A model generated the notes under the pieces. That model made no database searches, was not told where the DNA came from, and saw only the letters and a list, made by a program, of their open reading frames with translations. From contig OX597821.1 of NCBI GenBank assembly GCA_951406725.2, forward strand, positions 65,100,001-65,164,000: 64,000 nt of DNA. The letters are read 5' to 3'. The translations under genes and the position numbers were made by a program. Every line of letters starts with the position of its first letter. Positions within the stretch are counted from its first letter, which is position 1. Shown in pieces: positions 39,193 to 55,115 of the stretch. The stretch comes from Octopus vulgaris (lineage: Eukaryota).

Positions 39193-39194
39193 CT

Positions 39195-40778
39195 TTATTT
39201 CATAAGTATTTGCCATGAAGGCATTACAAAGAGTAGCTTGCGGGCTAGACATAGACATTAATGAGGCGGATGATTATGATCAAAAAGGATTATGATCAAA
39301 AGATAGGAGAAGGCAGAAGGCGCCCGCCGACCCTCTGCTTCTCTAAAACATTGTTTTTTTAAAAAAAATACATGTACCGAGGTAATGACCCTCTTACAAT
39401 TTAAGATACAATTTCTTTGGACCAAAACGTCCATACAACCACAAATTACATTTTTTAAAAAGTCAAATTAGAGGCAATAAGCCTTTACAATTCTTCCCCC
39501 AGTAAATCTCGTGCAACTTGCAGGCATTGTTGCAACCGAAATCTGGAGCTCCAATAGAGAATTCTGAAATTCTCGTTTTTATACGAGTCAATTATACTGT
39601 TACACAGATTTCCTTCCAGTACCAGAGTAGCCACCTGCGAAGGCAAGCCTGGGCTGCCAATGCAATTCGGTTCCCTCAGGATCCGACTGTCTATTTCATT
39701 TTCGACAAAACTGTAGATAGCCCCGCCCTTGAGATAGCAGAACATACATTCTTCTCCACCTTCACTGGGAGGAGCCTCAACTCCCTCACTCGGTGGCACA
39801 CATCCCACTGGCGAGATCATATCCACCCCCCCGGTGGCACACATCCCACCGAAGGGGTTTCGGGACATGCCGTCACCGGCAATGAAACGTTTTTCTTTTT
39901 CTTTTTCTTTTTTCCTTTTACGACGGGAGGGTGGAGTTCCTCTGATATCTCCGGAGAACCCTCCCTTGTCCCCGCCATCTCAGGATCCATGGGTGGACAA
40001 CCATTGTTGTCCCCCTTCTTTCTCTTCTTCTTCTCTTTTTGAGGAGGTTGCCTCCTCCTCAACTTTTTCTTCCACTGGGAGAACAGGGGACACCTCTTTA
40101 ATTAACTGTTCCAGGACCTTTGCCTGGCCCGGCGACAGTTTTCTTGATGTGACCCGATTTCAGGCACAGGTGACACTTGGTGTTGGCGTCCCTCAACCAT
40201 CACCGGGTACCAGGAAACGGCCATTGCTAAAAAATCTGGTAAAACCAGATCTTTGACTGATTGGGTCCACAGGGTCAAAATTGCTTTCGATCCCACCCAA
40301 TCAGCCACAGGAAGCATTCTGACATTCAAAAGCTTGGCTCCGCTGCCACCCAGACCCCGGCGAATAGTATCTTCTATCCACTCGAGCTCAATTCCGGGTG
40401 GCAGCCAACACATCCAAGCTCTCGTTAATTTTCGCCCATCGTATATGGGGAGAAACAAAATCTTTTCCCCTCCAACCGGTTGGCACGCAAACCCTTGTGC
40501 CTCCGTAGGGGTGTCAGAATGAACACACACAGTTCCATACTTTGCTCCCCCACGAATAAATCGAAACGTTGGCTGGTACTCTGCCAACTCTTTCTCAATA
40601 TCAGACTGAGAGAACTCAGCGATGGTTTCAAGGACCATAGAGTAGGTCCTTAACACCACCTTTCTCTCCGTATAATTTTTAAGCTAATCTTTGGGGGCCA
40701 CAATTCGCCACTCCAAAGCGGTATTCTTTGTTGCAATTTTTTTCAAAAAATAAGATAAAATAAATTTTTCCCAAAACA
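39195..40778 (-). mobile_element. Non-LTR retrotransposon remnant with gag-like ORF1 (Tx1/L1-like), frameshifted
   Basis: GC-richer 1.6-kb block. ORF 40102..40659(-) is followed via a frameshift by KCHLCLKSGHIKKxC (CX2CX4HX4C knuckle, about 40135-40180), then a basic low-complexity region; ends near aataaa. No RT seen. Confidence 0.65.
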
Positions 40779-41040
40779 ACTCAGAACGTAAGACAGGAGA
40801 AATACCTGTTTCTTTATTACCCACAAGTGGCTAAACATAGAGGGGACAAACAAGGACAGACAAAGGGATTAAGTCGATTATATCGACCCCGTACGTAACT
40901 GGTACTTTGTTTATCGACCCCGAAAGGATGAAAGGCAAAGTCGACCTCGGCGTAATTTGAACTCAGAACGTAACGGCAGACGAAATACGTCTACGTATTT
41001 CGTCTGGCGTGCTAACGTTTCTGCCAGCTCGCCGCCTTTA
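40779..41040 (-). mobile_element. SINE family D with LINE-like tail
   Basis: Full unit ending gtcccctctatgtttagccacttgtgggtaataaagaaaca, then ggtatttc..tacgttctgagtt. Confidence 0.9.
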
Positions 41041-42234
41041 TTTGGCACAATGATAATAGTTATAATAATCAAAATTATTCCTGATTTAGGGAGAAGACAA
41101 ATCGTTACTATCTATCCCATTATTATTTCATCGATTCTGAAAGGATAATAGAAAAGTTAACCTTGGCAGGGTTTGATCTAAGAAAGTCGGAAAAAATAAC
41201 TTGCCGTATTTTTCTGATGCTCAACCCTTCTGTACAAATAATCATTGTTTCAAATTTAATTATAAGGGTTTTAATTTTTGAGAGAAAAGTGTTAGTCAAC
41301 TGGTACATCATTTAATAGCCATAACACGATAAACGATGAAAGGCAAAGTGGATCTCAGCAGGATTTGAACTCAGAACTAAAATCACAGGGCCAAAGAATA
41401 CACATCATGTTTCCGACGCTGTAACGAGTCCACAAAATTAATTATTTATAAAATGTAAACTTTTTCTTTCAGAAAAACGCATTTCTCACAATTTGAAGTT
41501 CCTTCAAATAACTAAAACAAAGAGTATAAAGTTAATTGTCATGTAAGAAATAACAGCCAAATCTCCTCTTAGGCCTTTCGATTAAGTAAGAAAAATATAT
41601 AGGATAAAAGCAATCCGGGTGAGATACTTTCTGAAAAAAAAAAAAAAGATGGCTTCAATGAGATTTGTCTGCCCGATCATGGCTGACGTGAGACTAAACA
41701 ACAAATTGCAGATAAATGCATTTTTGGTCACACACTGATTATTTCAAACACTAATCTGCCGCATAAATTCTGGTGATTCACAACAGCTGGAAATGTTTCA
41801 GATTTCTGCAGTGGAAAGTATATGACAGACTCCTATTCATATAAAGAAGACAATAGGTAGTGTTAGACATATGTAATGCATAGATCATTAGAACGATAAG
41901 GAGAAATATATGCGCAAGAAGGAAAACAGAAAGGTTAGTAGGCAATGTGCACTAAAAGTTTCAGAGTATTATATTCATCTCGTATAATCTTCTACATTTA
42001 CTGTGTTATTCTTTCCTGATGAGGTCAAAATAGTGTCGAAACTTGTAAGATTGTTACAAAGATATACACATTTGAAAATGCTGAGAAACAGAGTGTATGT
42101 AATTAGGCTAAAGCTTTATCTAGCGATATAATGAATCCACATACACACACACACACACACTCATACACACACACAAATATACACATGCACGCACGCATAC
42201 AAAAAAAAAACACTCACATATTCATACATCTATC

Positions 42235-42690
<456 letters not shown>

Positions 42691-42691
42691 G

Positions 42692-43025
42692 AATGGTGGG
42701 GAATCATCATAACAATATGTTGAGAGAGATTATTTGGTGTTTGATTAATTGACCCATAAGAACATGGATGTTTCGCACATCGTCCTTAAAAAGCCCTTAT
42801 TCAAGGACCTTTTGAGCGGGAAGGAATGCTCGATCTGAGGGAAACTCCAAATGGGCAACACCTGCGAGGTTATATGCTGTCTATCTTCGTATGACGTCAC
42901 CATATCACGCAAATATGGTTGTGGTGCATGTGCCAAGTGTACCCCTATCAGAGAGGTACTCATGGTGGGTATATTGGGCTCAAATGCTTGTATCCTAGCG
43001 GCAATTTGATGGCGCCAGCTGCTTT
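42692..43025 (-). mobile_element. Non-coding interspersed repeat homologous to 53365-53704
   Basis: Shared ccttattca(a/g)ggaccttttgagcggga..atatggttgtg(g/a)tgcatgtgcca(a/g)gtgtaccct. Confidence 0.8.
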
Positions 43026-43239
43026 TTCATGCATACATACATAAATATATACATACATACATGCAACATACATACATACATACATACATACATACATAAA
43101 TACGTACATACATACATACATGCAACATACATACATACATAGACCATACATGCATACATACATACATACATACATACATACATACATTCATACATTCATG
43201 CATACATACATACATACATGCATGCATTGTCGTCGTCGT

Positions 43240-43482
43240 GGCACTTCGTCGGTTACGACGACGAGGGTTCCAGTTGAACCGATCAACGGAACAGCCTGCT
43301 CTTGAAATTTACGAGCATGTGGCTGAGCACTCCACAAACATGTGTGCCCTTAACATAGTTCTCGGAGGATGGGGGTGGGGAATCAGCGTTACAGAGAGTT
43401 GACAGGGCTGGCCATTTGAAATACAACAGGTACAACAGAACATGAGGAAAAAGTGAGAGAAAGCTTTGGTGAAAGTGTACAG
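43240..43482 (-). mobile_element. SINE family B tail type 1, 5'-truncated
   Basis: Reverse complement of about 7785-8008. Confidence 0.85.
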
Positions 43483-43502
43483 CCGTATATATATATGTGT
43501 AT

Positions 43503-43910
43503 GTCAGGTCACTTTCGAGTGCTACTGGTAACATGTAACCCAGTACTACCTGTTGCATGGTAGGGTCGTCGGTGACTAAACCGGCAACCCCACCAAGCTC
43601 GCTTGGTGAGGAGGTTATTTATTGGTCACCCTGCGAGATGAAAAACAAAACCCGTGAAAGGGCGGAGGAACTCTTGAGAGTCAACGACCATCCAATAAAT
43701 GTCTTAAGGCTGTATCGTGCGGGGACATAGAAATAATCGGATTGAATACCTGATCGCGCAGTTAAACCATTGGGAGTGAAGGACTCCTAGCCTTTGTTAG
43801 GGCATCCTTTCCTCACTTAAAAAAATATCTTCTTACACAGGCATTGCACGATAACAACATTGATTAAGCTTCGTGCAATGGCCATACTCGATAACGAGGG
43901 GGCAGCCACC
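43503..43910 (+). mobile_element. About 400-bp structured non-coding element flanked by (TA)n; possibly LINE 5'UTR joined to 3'UTR
   Basis: Multiple GC-rich hairpins at the 5' end and a cattgcacga/tcgtgcaatg hairpin at the 3' end; no ORF. Confidence 0.5.
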
Positions 43911-44766
43911 ATATATATATATTCATATATATGTATATATATATACATATATATGTATATATGTTAACTTATATGAGACAACTACGATCCCCCCGTAGTA
44001 CTTACGTAGCCTTACCTGCCGACTTGGGTCTTCTGGATACCAATATCTCTCATGTATATATATATATAATATGATACAATATAATATATTATATTCACTT
44101 GTAACAAGAAAATGTGCATTTAAATATTAAACTAAACGATTCAGTCGTTTATATATTCGTATGTTTTATTTTCTTTTCATAACCCAATTCCCTGCCTGGA
44201 CTTATCCAATCTAACACAAGGTTATCTATATCTTCAGCCGAACACTCAAATGAGATATCGTCTATTAAATTGTCATAGATCAAATTATATTGTACAGTGA
44301 GAACCTCCTTTAAGATTTCGTACAACGCAACAATTACATTAGTAGCAAAGGAAGATCTGTATTTCCCAAGTCACGAATATCTCAATACATCCCTCACCAG
44401 GTGTCTTTATTATATTGCCTACCTCTAAGCAATTTCATACGATTGAAATGATTCAAAAAAATTTTTTTTTTCTCTCGTTTAGTCTTATATCATTTATCTA
44501 CTCCTGAACTTTTATACCACTCATATATTAAGCTTCACCAGAAAACTGCACCGTTCTTGTAGTTTCCATAATAAACTTATGTTATTAACATTGGAAGTAT
44601 AATGTAGAAATTGAAGTCGACAAGTTGCCAACATATTTAGAAATCTTATGAAACAAGAAGCCAAAATATAAAGATGAAACACATATTGGAGTCAAATATA
44701 AATTACATACTTTTTTACGGACGCTCCCATACCGCACATACACGAATATATGTGTATATATATGTG

Positions 44767-44803
<37 letters not shown>

Positions 44804-45147
44804 GTAAACATGTACAAACAACTCAAAGACCAAAAAAATCGCACATATAACGGTAACCAGACAAACGCATATATATGCATTCATGAGTTTTCAATTTGGT
44901 GTATTGTCCTCTTATATCAATACACATGCACACACACACACACAAACACACCCACACACCCACACCCACACACACACATGCATATATATATATACATATA
45001 TATATCATATATATATAGAGAGAGAGGGGGGAGAGGGAGAGAGAGAGATGGAAATAAATAGATAGATAGATAGATAGATAGAAACATATATACATACATA
45101 CATACATACATACAAACTGGTAGATAAATTGATAGATTGGTTGATAA

Positions 45148-45389
<242 letters not shown>

Positions 45390-45399
45390 TGGTTGATAA

Positions 45400-45474
<75 letters not shown>

Positions 45475-47123
45475 TACACACATCTTCTGCGTGGTGTCTG
45501 GAAGTAACCATCTTTCTGTCAACAACTTTTATTAAGTAAACGACCTAAATATTTTCCTAATATAATTTTATTGATTTTTTTTCTCCCATAGTTCCTTATT
45601 GATATTTTTCCTGGCAGATGAAAAGGTGTATCATTTACCATACTTTATTTAGCGGTTTGAATAAAATTGACACTTGTCAGTTCGAAATTATTGGAAAAAT
45701 CAACAAAGAAACTTATTAACAAATATTTATACACTTGTCTTCAATATATTAGAGAAACATCTGTGCTTTTTTGTTGGCTTTCGTGTGAGTCCGCACTATT
45801 GTTTTTTCTATTCACTGTGTTTGCATTTTAATGTGTGTGTACCTGTGTGTGTGCCTGTGTGTGTGTGTGTATGTGTGTGTGTGTGTGTGTTTGTGTGCTT
45901 GCATACATGAATTTATTCATGCACGTCTGTGTGCATGTATGCATTTATAACAAAATCTTCCACAATGTGTTTTTGTGCGTTTTTTGCGAAATTCTCGTGA
46001 TGGACAAAGCATGTGATAATTTTTTCGATTTCGATTTTTATCTCTCTTCTCAAATCCAGTTTAATGCTGTTTTCAAATCCGGCTCATAGATCTTAGGTCA
46101 AGAATAAATTATTTTTCAAAATTATATCAATATATATAGTGAAGTAGTTTATTAAATCTCACATATATCTCCGGAAGTCTTAATCATTTATTCCTTCCGA
46201 TTAGTTCAACATATTTTTCTATATCTGGTATACTGAATAATGCTAAGACACATCATCAGCTTTATTATAAGAGCGCAAACAAAATTAGATTTGTTTTAAA
46301 AGAGTTGGTTGGGGAGCAAGGATTGCTTCTACCTCAATGAAATACATACGAATTTAATTGAATACATATTAGTTTTCTAAATGTAGGCCCACTTTTGTTT
46401 GAGGCCAACCGTGCCTCTGAATGTGTAGGCCTTGATAAAACTTTTTGGTGATGTCTATTATTTGCCCTTCATGCTTGCAGTTTCTTCTCCCCATTCATCA
46501 GATTCCTGTCTAAGGGAAAGCTAGTTACTTGGCCCGATACAGCTTACCCCAGTAAAGTCGCAGTTATTGCTGCCAGAATGCTCAGATATCATCACCCGAT
46601 CCTCTCAAAGCTCCGTTAATTCACCACCTCCAATTTATGCCTTATTTCCCCCACCCCGACAAGCAAAGTTGGTCTTGTTGGAATTTGAACATCGAGTGTA
46701 GACAGTCGAAATAAATATCATGCCTTTACATCCAGTAATCTAAATATTCTACCAATTCGCAGATTCCAAGTTTCTTAAATATTTTTGCATTTTCGCACTC
46801 AAACCAAAAGTTTAAACAAAATCTATGGGTCATATGCATGGTACGTTTGTCGAAGAAAAGTGCTTCAAGATATTTTATCTCAAAGCCTTGGTATGATCAT
46901 ATTCGGGTGATTAGAGCAATTGGTAATAAATCTACAACATTCTTTTTGGCATTTGGTTACGCCCAGTGCCATCTAGTCCTTCATCATTTTTTGGTTAATA
47001 AAAATTGTACTAATTGACAAAATAATGTAATCATTTGATGTGTCGACTCCTTCATTAAATATGATGTATGATTTCCGTTATAGTCGGATTATTGTAAATA
47101 AAGAAACGTATAAAAATAAAAAG

Positions 47124-47455
47124 TGGAGGCGCAATGGCCCAGTGGTTAGGGCAGCAGACTCGCGGTCGGAGGATCGCGGTTTCGATTCCCAGATCGGGCG
47201 TTGTGTGTGTTTATTGAGCGAAAACACCTAAAAGCTCCACGAGGCTCCGCCAGGGTGGGATGGCGATCCCGTTGTGCTCTTTCGCCCCAACTTTCTCTCA
47301 CTCTCTCTTCCTGTTTCTTGAGTAACGCTGCGATGGACTGGCGTCCCCTCCAGCTGGGTTGGGGGGGAACACATACACCACAGAAACCGGGAAACCGGGC
47401 CCATGAGTCTGGCTAGGCTTGGAAAGGGTGCATAAATAAATAAATAAAATAAAAT
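47124..47455 (+). mobile_element. SINE family B, full length, tail type 2
   Basis: A box tggcccagtgg, B box ggtttcgattccc, ctgcgatggactggcgtccc segment, (TAAA)n tail. Confidence 0.92.
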
Positions 47456-47954
47456 AAAGGAAAAGACTAATTGATTTGGGGCCCAGTGTAAAGACGATGA
47501 CACTTGTATGCAGAAATTTTAAGGAAATGAAGGTAAAGGCTAGCTCTGTCTTTGTAGAAATGTGGTTACAAGTAAAAGCAAGCAATTACTAAATTGTGAG
47601 CCTGTGTGAGGGCGCATGCAATCAGTCATTTCTGCAACAGATTAGTTTAATACGAAATTTCTGATGAGAGACAGAAAGAACACGCTGTCAAAAATTCCAG
47701 ATTGAAGAATCACATTCTAGGCGTGATCAAGTCTTGGTTCAAATCAAAGATATAATGAAATTGTCTAAGTGGAACTTGCCGATTGGGTTTTCCGAATGTT
47801 TGATTGATTTTGTGCATTACGTGTTTGATATTTCCAAGGACTTTGTGGATATGGCTGGAAATAGCATTGTTTATGTTGAAGTCCTGAATGAAAATGCAGC
47901 TCTCTATTAGACGTTCTCTATAGTTTCCATCTACTGTGTGCTGTAGGAAATAAT

Positions 47955-48448
47955 CCTTTCTACTGGAGGCACAAGGCCTGAAATTTGAGAAGGGGACAGA
48001 TTGATTACATTGATCCGTGTTTCATCGGTACTTAATTTGTCGACCCTCAAAGAATGAAAGGTAAAGTCGACCCCGACGGGATTTGAACTCAGAACGTAGC
48101 GGCGGGCGAAATACTACTAAGCTTATTGCCCGGCGTGCTGACGATTCTGACAGCTCGCCGCCTTGCTGTTGGGAATAATGAGAAGTGATCAGCTGTTGGT
48201 AGATCTTGCTCTTATTTCTTTATTGCCCACAAGGGTCTAAATATAGAGGGGACAAAGAAGGACAGACAAGCGGATTAAGTCGATTACATCGACCACAGTG
48301 CATAAATGGTACTTAATTTATCGACCCCCGAAAGGATGAAAGGCCAAGTCGACCTGGGCGGAATTTGAACTCACAACGCAGCGGCAGGCGAAATACCACA
48401 AAGCATTTCGCCCAAGGTGCTAACGTCTCTGCCAGCTATCCGCCTTGA
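47955..48448 (-). mobile_element. Two SINE family D copies
   Basis: gtcgaccc..gaatgaaaggtaaagtcgac..tttgaactcagaacgtagcggc, present twice. Confidence 0.88.
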
Positions 48449-48880
48449 GAACTGGTTCAGCTTGAAGATGAAACATACTGCGGCGTTCTATTCTAGTTAG
48501 AGAGCGTCTGAAAAGGTTTTAGCTAATATAAACTACTGGTAGAATACCAGTAGGTATGATGAGTTGGGGAAGCTAGAAGTATTGTTTGTTGTTGCTATTG
48601 TTCTTTTGTTGTTGATGACGTTGCTGGAGTGGGAGTGGGGTTGTAGTGTAAACCCTACTAGCCCTGATGGAGTAGATATATCAAAGGCAGAGAGACAAGG
48701 TGCAATCCAAATATCTGCTTTTTTTAAAATTTATATAATGTTTCCATATAGTTGAATGATATCCTGTAGACTCTGTGATGTAGTAATGATATCAAATATT
48801 TTCCCTATAGGCGTCTGTAATTATTTTTTGAAACATGTTCTAATACATCTACGTTAGTAATTGCGGAGTCGCTAAATTGT

Positions 48881-49215
48881 GAAGGCGCATAGCTCAGTGG
48901 CTTGAGCGTCGGGTTCACAATCATGAGGCTGTGTGTTCGATGCCCGCATCTGCTGGGTGTTGTGTTCTTGAGCAAGACACTTTATTTCACGTTGCTCCAG
49001 TTCATTGAGTGTAGAAATGAGTTGCAACGTCACTAGTGCCAAGCTGTATCGGCCTTTGCCTTTCCTTAGGATAATATCAAAGGTGTGGAGAGGGAGAGGC
49101 TGGTATGCATGGGCAACTGCTGGTCTTCCATAAACAATCTTACCCGGACTTGTGCCCCGGAGAGTAACTTTCTAGGTGCAATCCCATGGTTATTCATAAC
49201 CGAAAGGTATCTTTA
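48881..49215 (+). mobile_element. SINE family C, full length
   Basis: A box tagctcagtgg, B box gttcgatgccc, ttcttgagcaagacactt core. Reverse copy at 61712-62030; partial copies at 63500-63650 and 50820-51066(-). Confidence 0.88.
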
Positions 49216-49267
49216 CTTTTTAACTTTTTAAATTGTAAAAACCTTACATGTATTCGTGTGTGGACCA

Positions 49268-49597
49268 GATAGACGGAAATACGAAATATATATATATATA
49301 TACGTGTATGTGTGTGTGTGCATGTGTGTGTGTATGTGTGTGTATGTGTGTGTGTGTATGTGTGTGTGTATGTGTTCGAGAGAGAGAGAGAGATTTTCCC
49401 CCACCACTGCTTGTGAACCGGTTTTTGTTTGTTTATGTCTCCGAAAACTTAGCGGCTCGACATAAGTGCTCGATGGGATAAGGTACCGGGCTAAAAAAAT
49501 ATATATAAATACTGCAGTCGATTCGTTCAACTAAAACCCTTCAAGGCGCTGCCCTAACATGGCTGTAGTCCAATGACTGAAACAAGTAAACGATAAA
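49268..49597 (+). mobile_element. SINE family A, 5'-truncated
   Basis: tagacggaaa..microsatellite..aacttagcggctcga..caatgactgaaacaagtaaa. Confidence 0.8.
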
Positions 49598-50819
49598 GCG
49601 CAGACAGTAAATTCACTGAACAATAACAAAATTATTTCAAGTTTGTGTAAAGAGGACATGTTTTTTGCAATGGAAGTGTATCTCTTCATATTGAAGCATT
49701 TTGGAAATGATGTTCCTTCGTCATTTCTCTTGGATGATCTATCATTCGAGGATCAACAGATATCATTTTCAAGTTACTACATATAGTAAAGCCCCGGGAG
49801 TGGTAGAACTTGGTTTTCTGTCATGATTAAAAGTCATCGAAACAAAACGTCAATAAGCCCTCAGGATCCACAATATAATGAGGTTTGGACCTTCCTTTGT
49901 AGCATAAGCATTACTTCAAGAAAAGACATATACCTGATTTAGATTTGCAGTTTCTAACCGTCTCATTCTAACGCACACAAAAAAGTATACACATACATTT
50001 ATAAAAATACAAACATATATTCATATACGTTCATATGTACATATACATTTATACATATATCTACATTTATCTATTGGTGAGTGTATGTACGTATATATCC
50101 GTGTGTGTGTTTGTGTCTAGGTGTATTTGTAGATGCAGTTATGTGTGTGCTCGTATGTAAAACTCTGTGTGTTATGATGAAGTACGTATATAATCTAAAT
50201 TGAATTCCTATCTTATTGTTCTTTCCTTTTGTACAATATATGCAATGTATATTTAATTTTTTTTTTTATGCAACTTCTTATTTTATCATAGCATGACAGC
50301 ATACATATACCAGCTCATGATAATAAGCTCCAAAAACTATCTATTCTTTACTCGAGTTACAGCTAGAGATACAACGCAAAAAAAAAATACAAGAAACTAA
50401 AGCCCCAAAAAAAATATCGTAAATCTTAAAAGAAGGCAAAGAAAAAATACATTGTTTCCTCTGTTTTAAAGAATGACTGGTTATGTCAAAATCTTTAAAA
50501 CGAAATGGAATTACTAATGTCTAATAGAACTGAAACAAAGATATCTTCATAGCGGAAACCATATTTTCAGAATATTTATTGAGAATATTTACCAGCTGGG
50601 TTGTTTTGAATTTTGGGATAACAGTGGAAATCGTTGAATGAATAGATCTAGTTAGTGGACGACTTGATTTTAGTGCAAATCATGTAAATTCAGTTATGTT
50701 AGTGGAAATTGCAAGAGCAAACACTAGTAAATAGGATTTAGTTATACTAATAGATATTGATTTTGAGTAACGTGGAAGAGTATGATGTAGATGGTCGAGG
50801 GAAAGAGCCAAGAGAGCAC

Positions 50820-51066
50820 GAGCGCTCTTTTCGTGCCCTAAGAAATCATAAGGGCCGGTTTCCAAGTTTCTATGTCGTATATGTATTTACCTCCTGGATG
50901 TGACGCCGGTCCGTCGCAGGCGTACTCATTTTTGCTCGACGGTGGACTGGAGCAACGTGGAATGAAGTGGTTTGATCAAAGACACAATGCTTCACCCAGT
51001 CCACGAATTGAAACCAGAATCTTACGACCATGAATACGACACGGTAACCACTTGGCCAAACGCCTT
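50820..51066 (-). mobile_element. SINE family C head with tail type 2, diverged
   Basis: Minus strand gaaggcgtttggccaagtggtta..cctgcgacggaccggcgtcacatccagg..ggaaaccggcccttatga. Confidence 0.75.
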
Positions 51067-51445
51067 CAAATTCAGGAAAATCACATTATATTTAATTTCT
51101 AAAGTTAAATGTTACTGTATTGAAAGTTAGCTATGACGAGAATTTACTAAAAACCAAATGAACAGGAACAAATTCTGCAAAGCATTTTGTCCGACGCACT
51201 AACACATCTCATATTCAAATGTTCATATATCGGTACATGCTTGAAATTTTAGAAGTAAGGACTGGTTGCTTAAATTGATCCGAGAATTAAACTGGCACTT
51301 ATTTTATCGATCTCAATTGGATGAAATCCAAAGTCGATCTTGGCAGAATTTGAACACAGAACGTAAAGACGAACGAAATGTCACTATTCATTTTTGTTCG
51401 GCGTGCTCATTATTCTTCCAGCTTGCTGCCTAAATAATAATAATA

Positions 51446-51518
<73 letters not shown>

Positions 51519-51546
51519 TAAAAATAATAATAATAATAATAATAAC

Positions 51547-53132
<1,586 letters not shown>

Positions 53133-53149
53133 CAATAATAATAATAATA

Positions 53150-53704
53150 AATGCCATGATGCAATACCAGGCAGTGGTTCTCGTAGCTTCTGATCTTAAC
53201 TGATTGCAAGTGTTATCATGTACATTGTTTTGTCTTGTTATAAAAGATGGGCTACGGCAAATATTCTGCTCAATACCACAGATTTGCTTGTCAGTTGTTT
53301 GACCTTAACCAGTTGAGCATGTCCCTTAGTGGTTGACAATATGTGCATCTCTGATCACGAACAGAAGTAGTTGGGGAGCACCATAGCCTTGTATTGAAAG
53401 GAAAATTTAGAGGTTTGGACAATTAACCTATGGAAACATGGGTGGTTCGTTCAACATCCTTAAACAATCCTTATTCAGGGACCTTTTGAGCGGGATGGGC
53501 TACTCGACCAAAAGAAAAATCTAACTAGGCTCCCACCTGCAAGGTCACGCGTAGCTTGTCTTGATATGATATGACCATGTCACAGACATATGGTTGTGAT
53601 GCATGTGCCAGGTGTACCCTTACCAGACAAGTAGTCATGATGGGTATATTGGGTTTCATATATTTGTACCCCAGTGTCACTTTGATGGCATGCACTGTTC
53701 TCTC
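53150..53704 (-). mobile_element. About 555-bp non-coding retroposon inserted in (TAA)n
   Basis: Bounded by (AAT)n at both ends; partial second copy at 42692-43025. Orientation inferred. Confidence 0.75.
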
Positions 53705-53775
<71 letters not shown>

Positions 53776-53776
<1 letters not shown>

Positions 53777-53888
53777 TTTCCATACAATAACCATCAGAGC
53801 ATCACAACAAATCACAGCACATACCCAAGGCACACAGAGCTGCGCTCGGTAGTGACGTGAAAGCACGCTATAAAAATAAAACTACTGA
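53776..53888 (+). mobile_element. Very short 5'-truncated copy of the same Dong element (3' UTR only)
   Basis: Near-identical to 53019-53132, again between (AAT)n tracts. Confidence 0.92.
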
Positions 53889-54649
53889 ATAATAATAATA
53901 ATAATAATTGCTTCATTATTTGAAACTAGGATCCATTCATCTAACGTACAATTAAAAGAAATATATATCCATGTTCACAAACATGTAACAACGAACAAAA
54001 GTACACAGAAGGAAAGGACGAAGACTTCATACAATTATTACGTTTAACGATTTTGGTAAATGAAGGAAACCACACATAATCAACGCATGATTTTGCCAGG
54101 ACTGACGACAAATGCCAACATCTTTGTGAGTACTTTGGCCTTAACCTTGAAATATGCGTTAGACAAAGTTATGGTCGGGGATTTTTGCTAATGTCACTTT
54201 AATATTCGTTACGCATCAATTCCCTTATCAAAACAACTGACGATGTTCCAATTATGCTAAAGCTCGACGAAGAGGAATATAAACAAATCTAGCGTGCATT
54301 GATAAGCTTTGTGGGGCTGACCATCTAAACCTTACTTTTTCTTCCTCACACAGCAACTCACTACCAGCCCCTTATCTTAGCGTCTGTTATCGGTTTTACG
54401 CAACGTTCCATATTTTCTGACGAGCTATGTGACAGCACATGAAAGTAAGTAAATAACTCCATCATCTCTAGTCCACTATTATTTCCAGTCTTTCGGACAT
54501 TCATCATCAATCTTTCCTTCATTGATCGAAGCCCATAAGACATAGTTTTTACTTTTTTACCACGTTTTGTCCGTTCCACCTATATGCATCGGACAGCTTT
54601 TTCTCTCTTCTTCCTTAAGTACAAACATTTTAGAGGTAACTATGCATTT

Positions 54650-54820
54650 TTCAGAGATGTACTTGCATAGCAAGTGACCTGATTTGAGATCGTGTGCTGG
54701 AACGAAAACAATTGCAGTGTGGAAGATGTTTATAAGCCTTTAAGAAACACAAAAATTCCGTTAGATTCACTTCAACATTTAAATTTAAGTTATGAAAATA
54801 TTTTCATCGCTTTGAGACCG
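54650..54820. mobile_element. Fragment of the repeat seen at 27312-27445
   Basis: ccgttagattcacttcaacatttaaatttaa..aaaatattttcatcgctttgagaccg. Confidence 0.75.
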
Positions 54821-55115
54821 TGTCTTAGAAATTAGTCACATATCATTTTTTATGACTTTCACGTTTATTGCGACAACATTTCTAATAGCCACAACTAATA
54901 CTTTGACTAGTTAACACTCTAAACAATTATTTTGCCTTATTGTTTTGCCTTGACATAATCTATATCTTTTTCTTTAATAGTTTCTCGTCAAATAAGATTC
55001 AACACCAGTTAAAATAAATTACCCCGGTTAACTGGTCGACGAAACCCTATCATCGTAGGTCTTTATTCGTGGTCATGAAGCACTTTGATTCCAATAACTG
55101 AGGTTTCCTCTCAAC

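Noticed and set aside
47124-47200. tRNA gene (also 7642 and 48881)
   Set aside because: A and B boxes are present but there is no complete cloverleaf, and the sequence runs into a SINE body and tail.
47655-47706. CTGATGA gagacag..ctgtc aaaaa as a hammerhead
   Set aside because: Stem II is plausible, but GAAA is missing and stems I and III are unconvincing.
54412-54456. CTGACGA gct atgtg acag cacat GAAA as a hammerhead
   Set aside because: Stem II register is off by 3 nt and there is no stem III or convincing stem I.
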